Assembly: GCA_036479435.1 (NCBI GenBank)
Contig: JAZGFI010000103.1
Span: forward strand, 64,001 to 128,000
From: Planctomycetota bacterium
Lineage (GTDB): Bacteria; Planctomycetota; GCA-002687715; DRQF01
DNA: 64,000 nt
Reading direction: 5' to 3'
Part shown: positions 58,004 to 64,000 of the stretch, piece after piece
Position numbering within the stretch: position 1 is the first letter of the stretch
Layout of the letters: each line of letters starts with the position of its first letter
The notes under the pieces: model-generated
The model's database searches: none
What the model was told of the DNA's origin: nothing
The model's input: only the letters and a program-made list of their open reading frames with translations
Program-made: the position numbers and the translations under genes

Positions 58004-58946
58004 GGTCGAATCCTCCCGCAACAAGAGGCTGCACCTCGCCCCCGACCTCCATCGAAAGACGAAGGTCCCCTCGCTCATCTGTCACCAGGCCTATGACGGA
58101 AAGCGCTCCCGTCGAATTCCCATCCTTTTGTAAGCGAAGCCAAGTTTCTTCGCTCATCGTGAAAACGAGTTCAAAATCCTCGCCGTCGTGAAGGGCATGC
58201 TCAAGGGGCGTTCGCCCGGACTGCCTCGACAGGAGCTTCGCGTCGGCATGAATGGGGATCGAGGCGGCGTCGAGCTTGGCCCCGACGTCACTGGCTTCCA
58301 GGATGTTCAATAAGTCCCGGCTCAAGCCATCGCTGATGTCGGCCATCGCCGTCGGCGGGCCCCAACGCATCAACTCTTCCGCCAGTTCGATGCGAGGTTC
58401 AAAATCCAGATGCCGGCCCAATATCGAACCTCCGAGGGCGCCGCTGACCACCACGAGGTCTCCAACTTGGGCCCCGCTTCTTGAGCAGGGCCGCGACCAG
58501 GCTCGTCCGACCAAAGTCCCGGACAACCACAAGCCACCGTCCCCGACTACAGTGTCGCCACCCGCCAAAACACATCCGTAGCGTTCGCACTCCGACTCGA
58601 TCGTTTCGATGATCGCCTGAGCGTCTGCAAGACTTGCCCCTAAACCCAACTTCAGCGACAAGAAAAAGAGCTCGGGTTCACCGCCCATGGCGGCCAGATC
58701 TGAAACATTGGACCGCACCACCTTGCGCGCCAGTTGCGGCCCGATCAAAGGACCGCTTTCCGCGTGCCGACCCTCCAACACCGCATCGTTCGCAATCAAA
58801 ACGCAGCTGGGTCCCGACAAATCCCAGGCCGCCGCGTCGTCACCAATTCCAAGAGTCAACGACGCCGTCTTCAACGGACCCGTCCGAGTTTGGGACCGAG
58901 AACGCAGCCATGCCAAAAAACGATGTTCAGAAAATGCCTCGGTCAT
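57993..58946 (-). CDS. thiL: Thiamine-monophosphate kinase
   Basis: 'GIGDDAA', 'NVSDLAAMGG', 'GGDT', 'DISDGL', 'GEDFEL'. Confidence 0.95.
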   Translation of the reverse strand: MTEAFSEHRFLAWLRSRSQTRTGPLKTASLTLGIGDDAAAWDLSGPSCVLIANDAVLEGRHAESGPLIGPQLARKVVRSNVSDLAAMGGEPELFFLSLKLGLGASLADAQAIIETIESECERYGCVLAGGDTVVGDGGLWLSGTLVGRAWSRPCSRSGAQVGDLVVVSGALGGSILGRHLDFEPRIELAEELMRWGPPTAMADISDGLSRDLLNILEASDVGAKLDAASIPIHADAKLLSRQSGRTPLEHALHDGEDFELVFTMSEETWLRLQKDGNSTGALSVIGLVTDERGDLRLSMEVGGEVQPLVAGGFDHGG

Positions 58947-58994
58947 TCCCCTACCTTAGCAGCGGAATTTTTCGTCGTCAGCAATCGAGGATTC

Positions 58995-59121
58995 AAGATT
59001 GGCTTTGGCCACATCAAGCAAGAGACTGAGGACTGTCGACCCGAACAACCAGTGTGCCTGAGTCTCTCTCCGGTGCCCTAAGCGAGGGAGACCTCAGAAC
59101 GGAAGACCAAACGCCAATCTT
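58995..59121. repeat. About 127-nt element bounded by inverted repeats, with internal hairpins
   Basis: aagattggctttgg (58995-59008) pairs with ccaaacgccaatctt (59107-59121); inner agagactgagg/cctgagtctct and ccct/aggg stems. Confidence 0.55.
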
Positions 59122-59161
59122 CAGACGTCGGAGCAGTCTTGCCAGGTCGCTGGAGTCGGAC

Positions 59162-60538
59162 CTAGTTGTGAGATATCCACAACTTGATCGAGTGATTGCC
59201 AATCGGCTGAAGAGTAGACCTGTCGCGTACTCGAAGCCTCAAGTATTTCAGTTTATTGAGAGGCGGAGTCGCACCAGTCAGCCCGAAATCGGGAATGGTG
59301 ACCGCCAACTGCGAAGTGCTTTCAATTTTCGACGGAAAGACAATTTCGGCCCCATTTAACGTGCAATAGAGTTCGTGATTCGGGGCGAACTGTCCCACTT
59401 GCAGTTTAAATGAGCTTAGCTCTTTGATGGTTTGCTTGGACGGTTGAAACAACGCAGGCCCCACTGATCCGCTTACAGTCCTCCAACGCCGCAATGGCAG
59501 GTTCTGTGCGATCGCTCGAATTTCCCAATTCGCCATCAATGGGGTTGTTAAGTCGATCACAGCACTCGTGCTAGTCGGTAGCGTCCAGGTTTTTGAGATC
59601 TTGACGTCGCCAGCCGGATCTTTCCGATAGATTTCGAAGGACTTGCCCGGAACGCCTGCTACCCAAACGCGATCTTGGCCAGAAGAGAGGTATCCATAGA
59701 CATGGAGCGTCGTGGGAATTGCCTGGGCCTCTGACAAAGATCCAAGTCTCACTAGATCCCAACCACCTTGGCCATTTGCCATGATCACCGCCGCGCGGGT
59801 ATCCGCGAAGTGCAAATGATTCAGGAGGACCTCCTCGCCAGGGCTCTCAGCGCCAACTGAGCCGAAACCGAGGAACGGATTTAGGTCTGTAGCGTCTTGA
59901 TTGCTGGGGTCATTGGGGTCATCCTCGAAAGGGACCGCCACAGAAAACCCCGCTTCTAGTTGGTCAAATACTTGGTCATTGTTCGAATCGAGCATTCTGC
60001 GGACAGCATGGATTTCAAGGTCGAACAGATACAGTTTACCACCCACAATCCCTGCCCGGACCCAGATAGGTCCAACGGCTGAAACACTTGAAACCGGAAC
60101 CTGAGTTACAATACCGTTGGCCGCGACTACAATTCTAACGACCTGATTCGACTTCGAAGTATTGTTCCAACCGACAATGATGAAGGCATCCGGAAGCGCT
60201 GAATCTGACTTGTCCCTGTCGACAAACAAGATTCGATCGAACCCGGTTGTCCATCCCGATTTTAGCGGTGGTTCAGTTCGTTGATCCACAAGTCCGATTA
60301 CTCCGGAACTAACAGATGTTTCCAGAATACAGTCCTTGGAAGAGGCGGAGAAGTTGTCAAAAATGAAAAATTTGGCCACGTCAGCATTGGGGCCACTGTA
60401 GTCGGGGTGATTAAAATATGAGGCCGCAACCGCAGCCCGCCCGGGATAGGGAACAGCCTGAGCGGCCAAGAAGTCTTGCCCGACTGCGAAACACGTAAAA
60501 ACCATCGCCATGGACAGCATCGATTTGCTCAACATCAT
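59162..60538 (-). CDS. Secreted beta-rich hypothetical protein
   Basis: AAGGAG RBS, signal peptide, DxNxD loop (DSNNDQVFD), Ig/IPT-like C-terminus; AT-richer codon usage. Confidence 0.75.
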   Translation of the reverse strand: MMLSKSMLSMAMVFTCFAVGQDFLAAQAVPYPGRAAVAASYFNHPDYSGPNADVAKFFIFDNFSASSKDCILETSVSSGVIGLVDQRTEPPLKSGWTTGFDRILFVDRDKSDSALPDAFIIVGWNNTSKSNQVVRIVVAANGIVTQVPVSSVSAVGPIWVRAGIVGGKLYLFDLEIHAVRRMLDSNNDQVFDQLEAGFSVAVPFEDDPNDPSNQDATDLNPFLGFGSVGAESPGEEVLLNHLHFADTRAAVIMANGQGGWDLVRLGSLSEAQAIPTTLHVYGYLSSGQDRVWVAGVPGKSFEIYRKDPAGDVKISKTWTLPTSTSAVIDLTTPLMANWEIRAIAQNLPLRRWRTVSGSVGPALFQPSKQTIKELSSFKLQVGQFAPNHELYCTLNGAEIVFPSKIESTSQLAVTIPDFGLTGATPPLNKLKYLRLRVRDRSTLQPIGNHSIKLWISHN

Positions 60539-60566
60539 GAACTCCTTTTCGTCGCAATGGTAATCA

Positions 60567-61304
60567 CTAAAATAGGTGCCCAAACAGCGCCTGAACTTCA
60601 AGGCCGATTAGGCAATTCCTCACGGAATGCAAGTCATCGTAGTTCGAGTCATTAGGCCCTACTCTGCGGGCTTCATTGTCGGCCATTGCCCGATAGAATA
60701 GGGCAGATCTCGCCGCAGCGTTGTAGGCATCACGCTTACGTCTTCCTGACAGTGACCCATTTATCACTCTCCGGGAGAATCTCTCTAGGGTCCTCTTAAT
60801 TACCTCATATTCTTTCTTGACTCGCCCTAACTTGCCATCTGCAGGACGATGAGGCCCCTGTCCCGTATGTAAGCCTTCGTGAACTACTTGGTGGAGCAGC
60901 TCACCATCAGAACTGTCACAGAGTTCGTGATAGTTGAATGACAAATCTGGGGATCCAGGGGTTGAGAACGCACCCTTCTTCCTCGTGTGTACCCAAACGA
61001 TGACAAAGCAGAGCTCTCGTGCGTCAAGTATGTCTTCTTCTGTCGGTACTCCGCTCGGGGGATCCAAGAGGTCCCCTTTTTCGTCGTCGATTGTGTCTAT
61101 GACAGCGTTCTTTTTCTCATCGATAAGATCGTACTTGGCAGTACCCGACAGCGTAGGATTGAATAGGCACACCATGTGTTCAATGGTTCTTGAGGAAAGC
61201 CCATCCAAAGGGCCGTTACCGCCGCTCGGAAATACCTGCGCGAAACCACAGGGGCATAGGACCGCGATCGAAAGGGCCAAAAGGGCCGTTGAGCGCAACT
61301 GCAT
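60567..61304 (-). CDS. Secreted HExxH zincin-like protein
   Basis: GGAG RBS, signal peptide, 'VVHEGLHTGQ' with a downstream Glu (KEYE). Confidence 0.7.
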   Translation of the reverse strand: MQLRSTALLALSIAVLCPCGFAQVFPSGGNGPLDGLSSRTIEHMVCLFNPTLSGTAKYDLIDEKKNAVIDTIDDEKGDLLDPPSGVPTEEDILDARELCFVIVWVHTRKKGAFSTPGSPDLSFNYHELCDSSDGELLHQVVHEGLHTGQGPHRPADGKLGRVKKEYEVIKRTLERFSRRVINGSLSGRRKRDAYNAAARSALFYRAMADNEARRVGPNDSNYDDLHSVRNCLIGLEVQALFGHLF

Positions 61305-61496
61305 GCGGTATTCTCCAAATCGTGTCATTGTCTGCACCCCAATGTCTCCTGCGAAGTAGGCGTGCCATTTGCCTGACTCACGCGAGCAAGGTACCCCCCC
61401 CCCTCTCGATGACGTCAAGTCCCATCATTCGCACAGCCGCCTGCTCGCAATCCCTGCTTGAGATTCCCGTGGTCCTCTGGTCCCTTGATCACGCCA

Positions 61497-62039
61497 CTAT
61501 AGGAAGTAGAGGCTGGAGATGATCTTGGCTTTGATCCAGTCGATTGAGATCAAGCCCAGTTGTCGGCTGTCGGGATGGCTGGCGCCGCTACGCAGGTGAC
61601 GGTCGCCGAGGAGGACCAAAAAATAGCCATCGGGAATGGCGCCCGCGGGGATCTTGTGGCCCGGTGGCAGACCGATTTCTTCGGGTCTCCCCGCAACTTG
61701 CATGGCGGCGGCGCTGGAGTTTTTATCGGCGAAACTGACGATGTCACCGGCAAGACCCGCGATAACCCCGTAGGTCATCGCGCCCCCACCCGAGGGCGGT
61801 GCATAACGGATGACGCTGCCAATGCCCAAGGGAGTGTTGGCGTCGCAGGAGATGGAAACGACGCGCGTCCCGGCGGGCATGCTCTGCGGTTCGAGGTGGC
61901 CGTACCCTTGGGGAATGGACTCTAAGTCGTAACGCCACAGCAAAAAGGTGATGCCGAGGATGACTAAGGTGTAGACGACGTATCTCACGGTCTTTTTGAT
62001 GCGTCGGATCTTCGAAAAAGTTCTGCCCTTAGTTCCCAT
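61497..62039 (-). CDS. S26 signal-peptidase-like protein, apparently lacking the catalytic dyad
   Basis: One TM, 'AGLAGDIV', 'IPDGYFLVL.GD', 'DSRQLGLI....I..KI'. Confidence 0.65.
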   Translation of the reverse strand: MGTKGRTFSKIRRIKKTVRYVVYTLVILGITFLLWRYDLESIPQGYGHLEPQSMPAGTRVVSISCDANTPLGIGSVIRYAPPSGGGAMTYGVIAGLAGDIVSFADKNSSAAAMQVAGRPEEIGLPPGHKIPAGAIPDGYFLVLLGDRHLRSGASHPDSRQLGLISIDWIKAKIISSLYFL

Positions 62040-62673
62040 GATGGCCCCAGCTCCTTCGAAGGCTGACCGCCGCTTGCTGCGGATCGGCGGCATCAAAAAT
62101 GAAACGCATGACCGCGAGCCCGGCCGCGCCAGTGCGCGCCACAGCTTCAGCGCGGCTATCGTCGACACCGCCGACAGCGACCACGGGACAAGTGACGTGC
62201 TCGCAAACCGATTCTAGTTCATCTAGGCCGCGCAGCGAAACCAGCCCTTTCTTCGAGGGAGTTTCAAACACCGGGCCGTAAATCAAAAAGTCAGCTCCGG
62301 CCTCGGCCCGTTTTTGAGCTTCGGCTGGGTTGTGAACGGAGACGCCAATGGGAAGGTTCGCGCCGTAACGTTTTTTGACTTCGGACAAGGGCGATGAGCG
62401 GAAACTGAGCTGCAAGGCGCAGGCTTCGATTTCGCCCAGTAGATGGTCGCGTTCGTTCAAAATGAAGCAGGCCCCGGCATCGACGACGACTTTGCGCAGC
62501 TCTTTTGCGCGGCGGATAAACACGTCATCCGCTAAGGACTTCTCGCGAAACACCACGGCGCTGACACCACCTTGAATCGCCTCCGCGACGGCCCTTGCGA
62601 GCTGAGTGAAGGAGATGTCGGCGCGATCCGGGGTGATCGCCAGTAGCTCCAAGGGTATCGTGAAGTTAGGCAT
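62029..62673 (-). CDS. thiE: Thiamine-phosphate synthase/TenI family protein
   Basis: 'FREK', 'GVSVH', 'GPVFETPSK', 'AVGG'; some Mg/PPi-binding residues diverged (NER in place of NDR). Confidence 0.75.
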   Translation of the reverse strand: MPNFTIPLELLAITPDRADISFTQLARAVAEAIQGGVSAVVFREKSLADDVFIRRAKELRKVVVDAGACFILNERDHLLGEIEACALQLSFRSSPLSEVKKRYGANLPIGVSVHNPAEAQKRAEAGADFLIYGPVFETPSKKGLVSLRGLDELESVCEHVTCPVVAVGGVDDSRAEAVARTGAAGLAVMRFIFDAADPQQAAVSLRRSWGHHGN

Positions 62674-63766
62674 GAGGACGGCGAGTTGAGACGCGGCGGT
62701 GCCCCATTTCAATCAAGCGATCAATGAGCCCCGAGAACCCGATGCCGGCGACCTTGGCGGCCAAGGGTGCCAAGGATTGTTTGGTGAGACCGGGAATTGT
62801 GTTGGTTTCTAGGATCAAAGGACCTCGTTCCTCGCACAGGATGAAGTCCGTTCGGGTGATGCCATCACAGCCAAGGCGCTCGTGAACTTCGAGGCTCATC
62901 GACTGGACCAAGTCACTGAGGGCGACATCGACGGGAGCCGGACAGATTTCTTGGGCGCCGCCGATCTCATACTTGGCGGCATGGTCGAACCAAGTCGCCG
63001 CCAGCGGGCGGATCTCGACCAAGGGAAGGATCTCAGGTTTTTCCGAATGAGCATCCTTCAACACCGCGCAAGTAAACTCCCGGCCGGGGATAAACTTCTC
63101 AGCCAAGACCGCATCACAGCTCGCGAACTGCGACGCTAAGGTTTCGCGCGCGGCCTCGGCATCGTGAACAATTTGAACGCCAACGCTCGACCCCGAGTCT
63201 TTGGTTTTCAGCACCAGGGGAAATCCTATGCGCTCCTGCAGAGCCGCGAGGACTTGCGCCGGCTCGTTGAGCCATTCGCAACGTCGAAAGGACAAAGAAT
63301 CCGCGCAAGGTAGTCCCGCATCGCGCAGGAATGCCTTGTAGAGAGTTTTGTCCAAAGCCAAGGCGCTGCATTCGGGGCCCGCCCCGGTGTAAGCCAAATC
63401 TGACCATTCGAAAAAGGCCTGAAGGCTGCCGTCTTCACCCGGATGTCCGTGCAAGGCGATGAAGACGATGGAGGTGCCCCGCTCTTTGAGGGTCTGCACG
63501 GCGTCCAAAGGAGACTGCGGAGCTTCGAAAGCATCGTCCGCGCCCGAAGCGGCAAACACGGGGTCCTCAATGAATCGTTTTTTGAGCTGAGCCGCCTCAT
63601 CAATGCTGGTGATCAGACGACCAATACGAAAATCGGCGCGTTCGTTGAGAAGGACCACTCGAACTTGTTGACCGCGCGCGACGAGATCGCCAACAACCTC
63701 GCAACCCGACAGCAATGAGACCGCCGATTCGCCGGAAGGCCCTCCCATAAGCACTGCCACTGTCAT
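62666..63766 (-). CDS. ddl: D-alanine--D-alanine ligase
   Basis: 'VLMGGPSGE..VS..SG', 'LHG.PGEDG', 'GSSVG', 'E.NTIPGLT..S'. Confidence 0.95.
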   Translation of the reverse strand: MTVAVLMGGPSGESAVSLLSGCEVVGDLVARGQQVRVVLLNERADFRIGRLITSIDEAAQLKKRFIEDPVFAASGADDAFEAPQSPLDAVQTLKERGTSIVFIALHGHPGEDGSLQAFFEWSDLAYTGAGPECSALALDKTLYKAFLRDAGLPCADSLSFRRCEWLNEPAQVLAALQERIGFPLVLKTKDSGSSVGVQIVHDAEAARETLASQFASCDAVLAEKFIPGREFTCAVLKDAHSEKPEILPLVEIRPLAATWFDHAAKYEIGGAQEICPAPVDVALSDLVQSMSLEVHERLGCDGITRTDFILCEERGPLILETNTIPGLTKQSLAPLAAKVAGIGFSGLIDRLIEMGHRRVSTRRPHA

Positions 63767-63790
63767 GGTCGTTCTTGGCTCCCTTTGTGA

Positions 63791-64000
63791 TCAGTCGAGG
63801 TAGAGATCCTGATCGGTACTGAGCCCATCGACGAAGTCCGCTGTCAGGTCCGACGCTTCAATCGCGCAGGCCGGGGAGATTTCGATGCCAATGCTCGGTG
63901 TCCCATCTGCGGCGCGCGGGATGATGAGCCCAGCCGCCTCCAGCCAGCTCGCAAAAAGAGCCTGCTGAGCCGCAAAGGAAGACTGCGGGGAGTCCTCCCC
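63791..64000 (-). CDS. C-terminus of a UAP1/UDPGP-type UDP-sugar pyrophosphorylase (partial)
   Basis: GEDSPQSS...WLEAAG...IEISP..A...DLYLD* matches the C-terminal pattern of eukaryote-type UDP-N-acetylhexosamine pyrophosphorylases. Confidence 0.7.
   Translation of the reverse strand, partial: GEDSPQSSFAAQQALFASWLEAAGLIIPRAADGTPSIGIEISPACAIEASDLTADFVDGLSTDQDLYLD

Noticed and set aside
58947..59161. TPP riboswitch upstream of thiL
   Set aside because: Conserved CUGAGA/ACCUG/GGGA core not found on the minus strand.
61351..61367. Sigma54-like TGGCACG upstream of the HExxH gene (minus strand)
   Set aside because: The -12 position reads TC rather than GC at the required spacing.
1..64000. tRNA/rRNA genes, IS elements, prophage or recognisable defence genes
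   Set aside because: No cloverleaf in intergenic space and no transposase, integrase, phage or nuclease motifs recognised by eye.

Overview
GC-rich, gene-dense bacterial chromosome segment. The gene content (secreted HEAT and TPR proteins, carboxypeptidase-regulatory-like repeats, DUF2950-type pilin, UAP1-type pyrophosphorylase) suggests a Planctomycetota genome; this is inference. There are about 48 CDSs. Housekeeping genes include lpxH-cmk-rpsA, tyrS, gdhA, nadE, dxr-rseP, a CCA/poly(A) nucleotidyltransferase, thiL/thiE and ddl. Envelope and signalling genes include a Gld-type ABC module, GT2/FemAB genes, a sigma54 activator, a GGDEF protein, TolC/RDD and an ECF sigma with a likely anti-sigma. 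I found no tRNA, rRNA, CRISPR array, transposase or integrase. Most notable: (1) a tandem family of secreted Gly/Pro-linker HEAT-solenoid proteins, each with its own sigma54 promoter and a shared structured 5' leader, plus a collapsed third copy between them; (2) a translationally coupled operon of a pilin-like gene and two dynamin-like GTPases; (3) an orphan FliD-like gene with a near-consensus sigma28 promoter; (4) a dispersed ebo-type pair of inositol-phosphate synthase and prenyltransferase; (5) an AT-richer two-gene secreted HExxH cassette between the thiE and thiL genes; (6) several apparent pseudo-enzymes and small repeat arrays. All family assignments come from motif recognition by eye, not from database searches.
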